A stretch of 64,000 nucleotides of DNA from an uncultured Gammaproteobacteria bacterium (GTDB lineage: Bacteria > Patescibacteriota > Microgenomatia > UBA8517). Made by a program: the position numbers and the translations under genes. Positions 29,265 to 39,587 of the stretch are shown one piece after another (the stretch's first letter is position 1; each line of letters begins with the position of its first letter). The notes beneath the pieces were generated by a model, which made no database searches, was not told where the DNA came from, and saw nothing but the letters and a program-made list of their open reading frames with translations. Where the stretch lies: assembly GCA_964599625.1 (NCBI GenBank), contig CAZRGC010000001.1, forward strand, positions 244,959-308,958, read 5' to 3'.

Positions 29265-30013
29265 ATTTTCTTTGGCTTCCAATGACTTTTTGTGGGAACA
29301 ATAATTTCTCCAAGGGAAACAAAGTCCGAAGCTTGGGAATCTTTGAAATAGGAAACGTTTAAACCCAGTCTATTTGAAAAATCAGTGTTTAGTACGGCAA
29401 AGTAGTCGCCCTTTATTCTGCTTCTTGTGCGAACACCGCCTGTGTAAAATGCATCCAAAATCCCCCTGCCATGACGTGATTTGTAGGCAAGTTCCAAATC
29501 CACAAAATCCGCGACTTTTCCCAGAATGGCGGTTGTGCCGGGTATTTCTTTTTCTATTTGCTTTTTGAATTTAAGAAAAACTTTCTTTTGTTCCGGAAAA
29601 GTTTTTTCGTATGTGTCCCAAAGACTTATTTTATAAGGATTGACCGCAACCTCACCTTTAAAAGAAACCTCTTGTTCAAATGGAAGTCCTTTTTCCCAGG
29701 TCCTGACCACATGGTGGGCGTCAAGCATTTTTTCCAATGTTAATCCGTCGAGTCTGTATATCTCATACCCCTTTTCGGATAACTTAATTCTTTGTTCTTT
29801 GGAGAAGCTAGGGAAGTTGAGTCTGAGCTCTTCCTGTCTTTTAGCACCTTCTTCCAAAGCTTTTCTGAATTTTTCGGAAGCTTCCTGGCGCTCTTTGAAG
29901 GTGGTTACCGAATTTGCCGAAATTTCGGCAAGAATTTTGACTACCCCAGTCATATCCGGGCCCGGGTTGGCCCAGGATCTTCTGTGAGGATTGTCCCTAT
30001 CGGGATAAGACAT
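29261..30013 (-). CDS. Hypothetical protein
   Basis: 250-aa ORF filling the intergenic space. Confidence 0.75.
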   Translation of the reverse strand: MSYPDRDNPHRRSWANPGPDMTGVVKILAEISANSVTTFKERQEASEKFRKALEEGAKRQEELRLNFPSFSKEQRIKLSEKGYEIYRLDGLTLEKMLDAHHVVRTWEKGLPFEQEVSFKGEVAVNPYKISLWDTYEKTFPEQKKVFLKFKKQIEKEIPGTTAILGKVADFVDLELAYKSRHGRGILDAFYTGGVRTRSRIKGDYFAVLNTDFSNRLGLNVSYFKDSQASDFVSLGEIIVPTKSHWKPKKI

Positions 30014-30025
30014 GAGAGAAATATA

Positions 30026-30283
30026 TCACGTTCTGTCTTTCCAATTCCACCATTTCAGGAGTTCTGGTTTGTGAGTTTTATTTTCGGCAAAGTAAACCGC
30101 ACAGCGGAAAACATAAAGCATACATCTGTCTACATGTGTTCCCATTCTATTCATGAGTGCCCTGTACATTATTTCGGGGTTTTTGCCTTTGAGGTCTTCT
30201 ATTTTTTTGATTCCAATACTTTGTAAATCTTTTGCGATACTTTTTCCTACTCCCGGGATTTTTGTTAAAGGATCAAAGCCCAT
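30026..30283 (-). CDS. Helix-hairpin-helix protein (Cdd1-like)
   Basis: IPGVGKSIAKDL, DRCMLYVFRCAVY, WWNWKD. Confidence 0.85.
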   Translation of the reverse strand: MGFDPLTKIPGVGKSIAKDLQSIGIKKIEDLKGKNPEIMYRALMNRMGTHVDRCMLYVFRCAVYFAENKTHKPELLKWWNWKDRT

Positions 30284-30340
30284 GTTTTGGAGATATTAGC
30301 AGGAAACGCCAAATTTTGCACCCGGAGGTATAATATGGGT

Positions 30341-31057
30341 ATGAACGAGCAAAAAGGAGGTAGAAATTTTGGTGCAGGGACTTTTTTGGGAGACACGGGC
30401 ATTGATTTTTTTGACCAGGCAATCGACGTGCAAGTGGAACAAATGGGCTGGTCTCACGCATGCCCCGTGATTGATGAGGTTGTATCCAAGTACGGCGCAG
30501 AGTGGACTCTCAAAAGATATGCCGAAACAAATTTTGTTTTTGGAGTGATTACCTCTGAAGCCAAAAAACACAGACCAAACTTGCATGACCAGTTGACACA
30601 ACCTGTTAAAAGACTGGAGAATGAAGTTCCCGGCCGCAGTTTTAATATGCGTTTTATTCCGGAGACTTTTCCCAAAGAAATGTCGCCTCTTTCAACCCCT
30701 TGGGGGTATGCTCTACCCCGTGTGATTGTGGAACAAATGGGCAGGGGGGAAAACAACAAAGACAGGACAGAACTTAGAATTTTGCGAGCCCTGAGTGTGA
30801 TCGAAAGCGGAGTCAAAAAATCAAGATCTCCTGTTGAACTTTTGGTTCGTACGGGAGAGATGGTTACACATCTTGATGCAGATCCCAAAGCAGTTTTATC
30901 ACATATTTTGGCTGCTGGGATTTTGGAAGAAGAGGGCACAAAACAAATATTCAGAGAAATCAAAAGGCGTATTGATCAATGGGCACCCAACCTCAAGAAA
31001 GCATATAACTCAATGACCCCAGAGGAAAGAGTGGAGTTGGGAATAATAAGCTTCTAA
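30341..31057 (+). CDS. Hypothetical protein
   Basis: Long ORF; TATAAT 6 nt before ATG. Confidence 0.75.
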   Translation: MNEQKGGRNFGAGTFLGDTGIDFFDQAIDVQVEQMGWSHACPVIDEVVSKYGAEWTLKRYAETNFVFGVITSEAKKHRPNLHDQLTQPVKRLENEVPGRSFNMRFIPETFPKEMSPLSTPWGYALPRVIVEQMGRGENNKDRTELRILRALSVIESGVKKSRSPVELLVRTGEMVTHLDADPKAVLSHILAAGILEEEGTKQIFREIKRRIDQWAPNLKKAYNSMTPEERVELGIISF

Positions 31058-31111
31058 AAAGTAGGGTGGATATTGATTTTTTGTTGTTACGGTTCTACTA
31101 TGAATATAGTT

Positions 31112-31312
31112 ATGTCCAAAAGATCTGCCAAATCTGTTAAGTCCTCCAGGTCTACCTATCCCGTTGCCAATACCCATCACCTTTTGCTAGCGGGTGCCGC
31201 GGCCACATTGGCTGTTGCAGTTGGGCTTTTGACAATTCTTTTGCATCAAAAAGCGTTGGTTTCTCCAAAGGGTGTAGTCAGTGGGGTAAGCACCGAATCT
31301 TCGTTAAGATAG
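31112..31312 (+). CDS. Small single-TM protein
   Basis: Basic N-terminus, one TM, VSGVST tail. Confidence 0.55.
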   Translation: MSKRSAKSVKSSRSTYPVANTHHLLLAGAAATLAVAVGLLTILLHQKALVSPKGVVSGVSTESSLR

Positions 31313-31399
31313 TATTTATGCTTCGTTAGTAATACTTTATTTTATACACATTGTTTGTGTGTTGACATTTAAGTAAATTAGAGTTAAAAATAGTTAATT

Positions 31400-33166
31400 G
31401 TGATTAATATGAGTAAATTAAATACAAAAATAATTTCAACTGAAGAAGCAGCAAAACTATTGGGTGTTACCAGACAAACGCTTTACAAACTTGCGGACAA
31501 GAAAGAAATTCGCGGGCGGAAAGTTGGCAGGAAGTATAAGTTCATGGAACAAGATGTTTTATCCTACGTGAGTACACATTTTGAAAAAGAAGATGACGGA
31601 TACAGGGAGTGGGAACTCAAGGGAGACTTTGCAACCGAGGGAATTAAAAAGATGGCTAAGCGAACTTTTCAAGAACTTGCCTCCAATATTGAAGAGCTTA
31701 TAGCAAACTCATATGACGCCGACGCTACCAATGTTAAAGTTGTTGTTAATAACGACAAACGAACTTTAAGCATTATTGACAACGGTCTTGGTATGGACGA
31801 GGAAGCCTTGACTTCGTTTGTCGTCTATGGGAAAAGTGATAAAGACTCCAGCTATCATTCACCTAAATTTAAGAGATCTCCAATTGGCGAGTATGGAATG
31901 GGTGGAAAACTAGCCATCACAAATATATGTCGCAAATGCAAGATAATTACTAGGAAAAATGGTCTTGAACATATCTTTAACATGAATAGGGCCGACTTGG
32001 ACAAAGCAAAGTATATTAGCGACCTAAAGAGTAAAGTCATAACAAAGCGGTGTGACCCCACATTTACCGGCACGGAAATATACATGGAAGACTTGTTTTC
32101 GAGAACAATTGACACCGATAGGCTTCAGGAACGTTTTTCTACCAAGATGCCGTTGAGTCAGAACTTTAAAATTGAACTTTTGTTGGTGGAAAATAACGAA
32201 AAAGTTGACTTAGAAATACGTGAGCCAATATTTGATTTCGAAAAAAAGTTCGATTTTGATGACGTTTTGCCCAAGGTTGGAAATGTAAAAATGACTATCT
32301 TTTTTACAAAGGAGCCTATACCCGCAACGAAACAAGGTGTTTGGACAAAAGTTAACGGAAGAATAGTGAATGAAAAAGCCGAATGGTTTGATCTTTTTAA
32401 AGCAACATCAGGTCATAGATATAGGTACAGACTTTTCGGCTATGGCGAAGCAGATGGGTTGAAAGATTATGTAACTTTTTCCAAGAACGATTTTATAGAT
32501 TGCCCAGAATACAATGAATATTGGGAGTTTGGCCACAAAAACATCGTTAAAGTTCAAAACGCATTATTAAAAGAAGACGAAAATGCCAAAAAAGAACACG
32601 ATCGAACAGTGGTGAAGACGGTTGAAAAGGTTGTTAATGAAATAATTTCAAAATTAGATGATCCCCAAACACTTGGCCAGTTGGAAGCACGCATTAAAAA
32701 AGAATTCACCAAGGAAAAAGAAAATGCACCAGAAAATCCTTACCCAAATATTGACGTGATCGAAAAGGAGGCCGAAAAGGTGGCGTCAAATGTAAAACGT
32801 GGAAAGGACAAAAGGGAGAGGAGAAACCAATCAATTGCACCAAGCGATAGAGCTTCGTATTCAGGTAAAAACTATATTATCGTTCCCGTAGACCTTTCTG
32901 AAAATGGTGATATTGTAAAGTTTACAAAAGACAAAAATCTCATTGAAATAAACGAACGCCACCCATTGTATACACGAGCTTCACGCAATAGTTCATTGGA
33001 GGACTTAATAATGAACCTTTCCTTTACCGAAATTGCATATGATTACAGTGATGGAAATTTTGTAAGTTTTGACACTGTATTTAATGAACTTGCAAGAATT
33101 GCATCAAAACATGCCAAGGTGAACGAAGTTTTTGAAATGCCGGCCGACATTCAAAATGAAATCTGA
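31400..33166 (+). CDS. Excisionase-type HTH fused to a MORC-like GHKL ATPase
   Basis: EEAAKLLGVTRQTLY HTH; ELIANSYDA, DNGLGMD, GEYGMGGK and GTEI GHKL motifs. Confidence 0.88.
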   Translation: MINMSKLNTKIISTEEAAKLLGVTRQTLYKLADKKEIRGRKVGRKYKFMEQDVLSYVSTHFEKEDDGYREWELKGDFATEGIKKMAKRTFQELASNIEELIANSYDADATNVKVVVNNDKRTLSIIDNGLGMDEEALTSFVVYGKSDKDSSYHSPKFKRSPIGEYGMGGKLAITNICRKCKIITRKNGLEHIFNMNRADLDKAKYISDLKSKVITKRCDPTFTGTEIYMEDLFSRTIDTDRLQERFSTKMPLSQNFKIELLLVENNEKVDLEIREPIFDFEKKFDFDDVLPKVGNVKMTIFFTKEPIPATKQGVWTKVNGRIVNEKAEWFDLFKATSGHRYRYRLFGYGEADGLKDYVTFSKNDFIDCPEYNEYWEFGHKNIVKVQNALLKEDENAKKEHDRTVVKTVEKVVNEIISKLDDPQTLGQLEARIKKEFTKEKENAPENPYPNIDVIEKEAEKVASNVKRGKDKRERRNQSIAPSDRASYSGKNYIIVPVDLSENGDIVKFTKDKNLIEINERHPLYTRASRNSSLEDLIMNLSFTEIAYDYSDGNFVSFDTVFNELARIASKHAKVNEVFEMPADIQNEI

Positions 33167-33989
33167 AAACATAGTTAAAAAACGAAAAAAGTACCGATTT
33201 ATAAACAGAAAACATTATCAGCCATCCGAGGTTGACAAAGAAAGGATGCGGTTGGTTAAGCGCCTTTACGACGAATACGGGACACTTAGTAAGGTTGGTA
33301 GCTTGTTGAAACTTACGCGCGAACGAGTTAGGCAGCTTTTGAACAAGGGGGAAAAATACAAACTGTTTACATATGAGTTAACAAGGGATAGGGTTTTGGG
33401 TGAAGCTGTAAATAGAATAAGTAAGGAACGGTTGAGGGATCTGATTTTTACTACTAAAAACCAATTTGATATATCTTCAATCTTGGAAATAGATATGCAC
33501 CTCCTTCAAAGGTTGATGAAATATTACAATATTGACCTGGAGTCATATAAGCAGGATGCAAGGTATAAAAAATGTATTTCTCAGTATTCAGAGATGGTTA
33601 GTCAGATTGGTTATCATCCTTCAACAACGGTTATGCAAAGGAACAAAGAATGGAGAAAGATTTGGGTAAAAATCGATAGGTTATGGGGAAGCTTCGACAA
33701 CTTTAGGAGGGAATTCGGAATCCAAAAACCAAAACATAAGATGCACCCAAACACTATTGTGGCCTGGCGTTTGAGTAAAGAGAAAAGAATGGCAAAAAAG
33801 AAAGAAAAAGTTAGCAATGTTTATAAACTTGTTAAAAACTCTGGCCCAATAGGTTGTTTGAAGATATCCAAACAGACTGGTTACAGGAGACAAAACGTAA
33901 ACATATACTTGAATCAGTTAATTAGCTCAGGAGTAATCCAAAGGATCGGCGAAGGAGTGAAGACACTTTATATCCCTGTAAGCAATTAG
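33156..33989 (+). CDS. Basic multi-HTH DNA-binding protein
   Basis: TLSKVGSLLKLTRERVRQ HTH, WGSFDNFRREFG repeat-like segment, C-terminal winged HTH. Confidence 0.75.
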   Translation: MKSENIVKKRKKYRFINRKHYQPSEVDKERMRLVKRLYDEYGTLSKVGSLLKLTRERVRQLLNKGEKYKLFTYELTRDRVLGEAVNRISKERLRDLIFTTKNQFDISSILEIDMHLLQRLMKYYNIDLESYKQDARYKKCISQYSEMVSQIGYHPSTTVMQRNKEWRKIWVKIDRLWGSFDNFRREFGIQKPKHKMHPNTIVAWRLSKEKRMAKKKEKVSNVYKLVKNSGPIGCLKISKQTGYRRQNVNIYLNQLISSGVIQRIGEGVKTLYIPVSN

Positions 33990-34438
33990 TCTTCAGTTGG
34001 AGATATATAAGGAAGCATTAAGTTGAACAGATGTTCGTTGAGGAATATTTTTTGCATGATCAAAGTGTTTGCTTCTTCCTGCTTGTCTAATGCAGTCCAA
34101 AGTGGGTCTTTGTCAGCCATTACACTTTCCTCTACAACTTCCAAAGTTTTTCCCGAAAATTTATCTTCTCTAATGGACCAGGCGATTGCGCGATAAGCCA
34201 AAATATATGTTGCCCCTGTTTGTATGGTTCTGTGGGCGTGCTCGAACAATGCCCCAAGTGTTTCTGTTGTAAGATCATCGTTTCTTATGAGGGCCTCCAG
34301 AGTTCTGCTGCACGCTGCCAGTTCTTCACCCATTCTTTCAACCTCTGACGGATTACCAAAAGTTTCGTAAAAACGCCTTATTTGCTCTTTTGCGGGTAGT
34401 TCGCTTGGATCTTCTTCTTGGTGATTTTCCGGACTCAT
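33986..34438 (-). CDS. Hypothetical protein
   Basis: 150-aa acidic ORF. Confidence 0.65.
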   Translation of the reverse strand: MSPENHQEEDPSELPAKEQIRRFYETFGNPSEVERMGEELAACSRTLEALIRNDDLTTETLGALFEHAHRTIQTGATYILAYRAIAWSIREDKFSGKTLEVVEESVMADKDPLWTALDKQEEANTLIMQKIFLNEHLFNLMLPYISPTED

Positions 34439-34482
34439 GGGTGAAGTGTAACACAGAAGATCCAGATTCCAAGGGGAAAGAC

Positions 34483-35127
34483 TTATCTCAAAAATTTCTG
34501 AAGGGCTTGGGTTGCCACCTCCAAGTCTTCTTTGTTAATTATGAAAGAAAACTCGGTGTAGGTGGAAATAACTTCCGTAAAATTGATTTTATGAACTGCC
34601 AAAGCGGCTTGAATTGTATATAGCACATTTGGCACTGGCAAGTATTCTTGGGAAAACCTAACAGTCACACCAACCCTGTCCCTGTAGCTTGCTTTGGGTT
34701 CCTGGCCAAAGTGTTCGACAATTGCATCAAAAAGCGATTGAGGAGCAATTACCGTAATTTCTGTCATGCTTTGTGTCACCGTAAAAAAGGCGTTTTCGGG
34801 AACTGTTATTTTTTGGTAAAGGCTGGCGAGTTTTTCCCTGGTTTCGGTAGTTTTGGCAAAAGAAATATCACACAGAGGGGATTTGATACTTAGGTCGTCC
34901 AGAGATACTTGCGGTCTAAGGTTTGTAAACCCACTCTCCTCCTGAGAAATCCTTGTTAGTGCCACAACAATAGTTCCTTTGTTCACTTTTTTGAAAGTTT
35001 TTTCTTCTACCTGCTGCAGGATTTTTTGGGCATAGGCGCTAAAGTTCAAAAGTCCCTCATTCATGGCCTGAAGTGCCACGTCGTCTTCCATAAGTATAGT
35101 TCTGGTTGCTTCGGTAATGGTCACCAT
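34483..35127 (-). CDS. HTH/ACT-domain regulatory protein
   Basis: GLLNFSAYA N-terminal helix bundle; C-terminal ACT-like INFTEVISTYTEFSFII. Confidence 0.75.
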   Translation of the reverse strand: MVTITEATRTILMEDDVALQAMNEGLLNFSAYAQKILQQVEEKTFKKVNKGTIVVALTRISQEESGFTNLRPQVSLDDLSIKSPLCDISFAKTTETREKLASLYQKITVPENAFFTVTQSMTEITVIAPQSLFDAIVEHFGQEPKASYRDRVGVTVRFSQEYLPVPNVLYTIQAALAVHKINFTEVISTYTEFSFIINKEDLEVATQALQKFLR

Positions 35128-35224
35128 AATTGTTATATTTATTACAAATAATGTATTTTTGTTAAATACTTTTAGTTATTTTACATTATTCAATCTCAAA
35201 AGTACAATTCAAGTTTGTCTTACT

Positions 35225-36118
35225 ATGTCAAACGAACGATTGATAGAACAGGTGCAAGGTGTACAAAGCCTTTATAGCGGCGTAAACCATAATGCCAGTT
35301 GGGAGAGGAGTTACAACGCAGACGGGCGTGTTTACTCAAAACCCGCACACATAAATGAAGATTGGAGGGAATTTTTGTACGAGTCGGTTAATCAAAACCG
35401 CAGACGGGCGCTGATGCGCTGTTATGTAAGCAATGACATTTTGGGACAGCTGTCTGAGCTCCCTATAGAAGCAGCTGTGCCAATGGGTAAAGAGTATTTA
35501 ATTTGGGTTGGTCAAAACAGGCATCCAAAAGTGTCAAAAACACGTGACGTGGTAAATTTACCCGCTTCCCAAGACACTTTGCTTCCGGGCAGGTTTAGAG
35601 TTGATACGAGTCTTCGTGCGGAAGACGCTGTAAAGCTTACGGAACTTTGGGGGCAGTTTGGCTGGACCCGCGAGGCGGTTGGTGATTTTGTCACAAACAG
35701 CGCAAACGGAAACCCAATTGTATTGATAAGAAATAACGAGGGGGAAGTTGTTGGGGTAATGACTGCGGAGTCTGTGGAATTTGGCGCGCGCCGTTTGGTG
35801 GAAATCACGGAATTATCGGTGGACGCCAGATATCGGGGTAAACATTTGGCATCAATTCTTATTCGTGAGTTATCCAAACTCAGTTTGGAGCATTGGCAGG
35901 ATGCATTGGTGTTTGGTGAATACAATCTTACAACCCGTTCTTACCAGTCGGCTGCTCGGGCGGGGCAGCTTCCCGGACAAATTGGGGCAGTTGATGGGGT
36001 GTTACGAGATCATGTTGGCATAGAAACAGGCATGGGAAATCAAACGGTAGAAGATTGGGACACTCGTTGGCTGCATAATTTTCTTGTAATGTACCAACCA
36101 AACGGAAAAATCCGCTAA
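35225..36118 (+). CDS. GNAT acetyltransferase
   Basis: EITELSVDARYRGKHLA acetyl-CoA binding motif A. Confidence 0.8.
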   Translation: MSNERLIEQVQGVQSLYSGVNHNASWERSYNADGRVYSKPAHINEDWREFLYESVNQNRRRALMRCYVSNDILGQLSELPIEAAVPMGKEYLIWVGQNRHPKVSKTRDVVNLPASQDTLLPGRFRVDTSLRAEDAVKLTELWGQFGWTREAVGDFVTNSANGNPIVLIRNNEGEVVGVMTAESVEFGARRLVEITELSVDARYRGKHLASILIRELSKLSLEHWQDALVFGEYNLTTRSYQSAARAGQLPGQIGAVDGVLRDHVGIETGMGNQTVEDWDTRWLHNFLVMYQPNGKIR

Positions 36119-36122
36119 TAAT

Positions 36123-37136
36123 ATGAACGTTTATTACAATTCACATCACAAAAAACACAATCCGCCCAATGAAATATTTAACGGCAATCGTGATATGCAT
36201 CAGGAAGTGCCGGAAAGAGTGGATCAGATTTTGCGTGCCTTGGAAAATACCAACCACATAATTACCGACATCCGCCCAGACGCAACAGAAACAAAAGCTC
36301 TAACTTCAACTTTGTCCAAAATACACAAGCGGGAATATGTTGAATATTTGCAACAAACCGACTTTGGCGGTGAATATGTTTATCCTAGTGTTTTTCCGTA
36401 TCGTAACGAAACTTATTTTTCCGATCATCCCGTTGCTGCACGCGGTTATTATAGTTTTGATACATACACACCGTTAAGTGACACTACTTATGCTGCTGCG
36501 TTGGAGTCTGCATTTTTAGCACAAAAATCAGCAAGCGAGGTTCTTGTAACAGGTGAAACAAGTTATGCTCTTTGCAGACCCCCGGGACACCATGCCGAGC
36601 CAGCAAGAATGGGTGGGTATTGTTACTTTAATAATGGCGGTGTCGCCGCACAAACTTTATTGGATGCGGATCCCAAAAACCGTGTGACAATTTTGGATGT
36701 GGATTTTCATCACGGAAACGGTGCAGAAAAAATATTCGGAGAGACAGATCGCGTCCTGACAATTTCCATCCATGCGGACCCCAACCAAAAATTCCCTTTT
36801 TTTTCGGGACAAAAAACAAGCGAATACATTGGCAACGTTAATTATCCGATGTCTTTGGGAACTGGAAATATTGAATATGAAAAAGTTTTGCATTTGGCAC
36901 TAAAAGAAATAATAAAAAACAAAACAACACATCTTGTTGTATGTTTTGGTGCGGATACTCACGAAAGCGACCCTATTGGAGGTTTCAAACTTACAACTGA
37001 TTTTTATACAAAAATGGCCGGGCAAATTAACGAACCTGAAATTCCAACAGTCATTGTTCAGGAAGGTGGGTATAATACTTCTTTATTGGGGGATAATGTC
37101 GTCGCTTTTTTGGAGGGATTTAACCAGACTCTTTAA
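36123..37136 (+). CDS. Histone deacetylase family / acetylpolyamine amidohydrolase
   Basis: RPPGHHA, GGYCYFNN, DVDFHHGNG, GADT, QEGGY. Confidence 0.93.
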   Translation: MNVYYNSHHKKHNPPNEIFNGNRDMHQEVPERVDQILRALENTNHIITDIRPDATETKALTSTLSKIHKREYVEYLQQTDFGGEYVYPSVFPYRNETYFSDHPVAARGYYSFDTYTPLSDTTYAAALESAFLAQKSASEVLVTGETSYALCRPPGHHAEPARMGGYCYFNNGGVAAQTLLDADPKNRVTILDVDFHHGNGAEKIFGETDRVLTISIHADPNQKFPFFSGQKTSEYIGNVNYPMSLGTGNIEYEKVLHLALKEIIKNKTTHLVVCFGADTHESDPIGGFKLTTDFYTKMAGQINEPEIPTVIVQEGGYNTSLLGDNVVAFLEGFNQTL

Positions 37137-37786
37137 TCTCCGTATAAATAAACTAGGCCACCGACAATCACGTTTTTTACGTTCCTTATTAAATAAATTT
37201 GTTCTATCTCGCTCGGAAAGTCGTTGAGATATCGTCTGACGGGAAGAAAAAGATTGAGAATCGGAATTTCCGGCAAAATATCGTTACCGCCACAGCAGTT
37301 ATATTGCGGATAAGCAAACGGATCCCGTGTGCCGCTAAGCATCTCTGCAACCATTTTCTCTCCTTTGGTGTCTACAACTTCCTCTTTGAAACCACCGCCC
37401 TGATAAAGTTTTTCTATAGTGTTTTGGTCTTTTAACCTTATAAAGAATATGGGCAACCTTCCTGTTTCCTGGTCCCCGTAACCCAGAACTATTGTTAGTT
37501 TGTCATCTATCATTTTTCGAATATCCTGCTCACAGTTTTTGGTAACCGCTTTTGTATTGCACTCACTGGCCTTTGGAAATATATCGGTGAAGATGTACAT
37601 AATTTTGTCTTTATTGGATTGGAGCCAACCAGTCCTCATTTTGATTACTGATCGGTTATGCAAATCGTTGGAGTGTAAAAGAAATAGTGAAATGCCAAAA
37701 TATCCGGCAATTAAAATCCCTAGCAAAGCCAACAAAGACAGAAATGCAAGATTAATTTTCATAGTTTGGGACAATTTCTTATTCAT
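37133..37786 (-). CDS. Membrane-anchored hypothetical protein
   Basis: N-terminal TM, Cys-containing external domain. Confidence 0.7.
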   Translation of the reverse strand: MNKKLSQTMKINLAFLSLLALLGILIAGYFGISLFLLHSNDLHNRSVIKMRTGWLQSNKDKIMYIFTDIFPKASECNTKAVTKNCEQDIRKMIDDKLTIVLGYGDQETGRLPIFFIRLKDQNTIEKLYQGGGFKEEVVDTKGEKMVAEMLSGTRDPFAYPQYNCCGGNDILPEIPILNLFLPVRRYLNDFPSEIEQIYLIRNVKNVIVGGLVYLYGD

Positions 37787-37796
37787 TAATTTTTGT

Positions 37797-38267
37797 TCAG
37801 TTGAGTATAACAATCGCTGCGTTGAGTATTGTGGCAAAACTCACCCATAGTAGATATGGCATAAGCAGGTAGGCCGCCAACCGGGATATGGGGTAAAATT
37901 TTTTAATCGTTGTTAAAATCAGCACCCACATTGTCACAATCACTATTAACCCCAACAAAGGAGATCTTAGCCCAAAAAAAATAGGTGACCAAATAAAATT
38001 AACTACCAGTTGTACTAGAAAATACTTTCCTGCCTCTCTTGTTTTCTTTTTTTGCCAGCCCTGTTTCCAAATTAAATAAAAAGCCACACCCATCAAAAAA
38101 TACAACAAAGTCCAAACTGGTCCAAAGATCCAGTTTGGCGGGGCAAAGAAGGGTTTTTCTAATGTGGAGTACCAAGTGGGAATAGCGTTGAGGGTAAATG
38201 GGGTTCCAAGAAAACCCACTAATTCACACGCAATTATGAAGATAATAAGTTTGGGAAAGTTTTTCAT
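37797..38267 (-). CDS. tspO: TspO/MBR tryptophan-rich sensory protein
   Basis: WYSTLEKPFFAPPNWIFGPVWTLLY, PYLLWVSFA. Confidence 0.95.
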   Translation of the reverse strand: MKNFPKLIIFIIACELVGFLGTPFTLNAIPTWYSTLEKPFFAPPNWIFGPVWTLLYFLMGVAFYLIWKQGWQKKKTREAGKYFLVQLVVNFIWSPIFFGLRSPLLGLIVIVTMWVLILTTIKKFYPISRLAAYLLMPYLLWVSFATILNAAIVILN

Positions 38268-38407
38268 CGTTGTTTGATAAAAAATAACTTTACCTACGGC
38301 ACTGCTCACCTCAAAATTAATTGTACAACTTAAAAGGTTGAAACAACACCAAAATTATAAGGTTTTTAGTAAGTGTTATACTCGATCTAGAAACTAACCT
38401 TTGCGAT

Positions 38408-39043
38408 ATGAAGAAAAGAAAACGCTTGGTTTTGCCGCTTCTGGTTGGAGTTTTTGTTACTTTGGGGATCGGTTGTTTTTTACTTAAAAATTTACTCTTG
38501 AGGTTTGAAGCACCAAGACAAGATACTCCAGATATTCAGTACACAATAAGCAAGAATAAAACCTTAGATGCCATTGTCGGAGATTTAAAGTATTACGACT
38601 TTATCAAAGACGAAAGAGCATTTACTTTTGTACTGGAGCATACACAAGACAACACCAAGGGCGGAGAAAATTTTATCAAAGTAGGCAAAGGCAGTAAAAC
38701 AATTGAAAGGGGATCGGTTTATACAATTTCCCAAAGCATGAATGCCTGGGAGTTGGCTTCAGTTCTTCTTAATGACGGCATACACCAGGATTGTGATCAT
38801 GGTTGTCCTGAAAGTAATTTCATCCCGGAACTTCTTCCTGGTGGAGATTTGGCACCAACAATAAAAGAAAAATATTCCTGGGTAAAAACGTATGAAGATT
38901 GTGTCAAAGCAATAGGCCATGATGGTGGCCAGCTTTCAAGCGAGCAATATTATGAAAGAACAGGTATAAGAAGGTGTGTTTCTCCTGATGGTAGAGAATT
39001 TACCCAAGGCAAAGAAGGCTGGTCAGATAAGCCATCTCCATAA
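38408..39043 (+). CDS. Membrane-anchored protein with a YceG/MltG N-terminal-like domain
   Basis: TM, YTISKNKTLDAIVGDL...YTISQSMNAWELA; Cys-rich tail. Confidence 0.6.
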   Translation: MKKRKRLVLPLLVGVFVTLGIGCFLLKNLLLRFEAPRQDTPDIQYTISKNKTLDAIVGDLKYYDFIKDERAFTFVLEHTQDNTKGGENFIKVGKGSKTIERGSVYTISQSMNAWELASVLLNDGIHQDCDHGCPESNFIPELLPGGDLAPTIKEKYSWVKTYEDCVKAIGHDGGQLSSEQYYERTGIRRCVSPDGREFTQGKEGWSDKPSP

Positions 39044-39122
39044 TTTGTTTAAATCGTATGTAGATACCCCTACTTGAGGTCTCACCTCTATACAAAACAT
39101 ACCATCTTGGCTTCATGAAGAA

Positions 39123-39587
39123 CTAAAACTTCCAACCTTCGTTTTTGAAGAAGTCAAATCGATTGAAACATTCAATTTTTTCCTGTTTACAAACAAATGG
39201 AATCTTCGTCTTTAATGAATTTTCTGAGTATCTCTCATCGCTAATCATGCTTAACTTATCGACTTTTGCAAGTGCAATCAAATAAGGGTCAGCTTGGTCA
39301 TTGGGATTGTTAACATCTACAAGATTAGGATATTTGTTAATTATCAATTTGGCTTCAACAACAATGTCAGGCTCTAATGTTTTTCGATATAGTGATTTAT
39401 ACTTTCCAACCCATTTTTTGAGCTGATCAACTTTCGCTGAGATTTCATCAACAACAGCATCACAAATGATTATTTTACCACTAATTATCGCTTCATCCAG
39501 CTTATTCCAAAAAGATGGAAAGTAGTCAAATGGAGTATTATTGGCACAGGTTATTAGAACACTAGAATCAATCAAATACTTTTTCAT
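39123..39587 (-). CDS. PIN-like domain protein (DUF4411-like)
   Basis: YLIDSS, FPSFW, ADPYLIALA, KIPFVC. Confidence 0.85.
   Translation of the reverse strand: MKKYLIDSSVLITCANNTPFDYFPSFWNKLDEAIISGKIIICDAVVDEISAKVDQLKKWVGKYKSLYRKTLEPDIVVEAKLIINKYPNLVDVNNPNDQADPYLIALAKVDKLSMISDERYSENSLKTKIPFVCKQEKIECFNRFDFFKNEGWKF

Noticed and set aside
35117-35224. N-terminal extension of the GNAT ORF (likewise the upstream starts at 9579, 26973, 28235 and 52271)
   Set aside because: These extensions run through promoters, terminators or divergent genes; downstream starts have better SD or -10 support.
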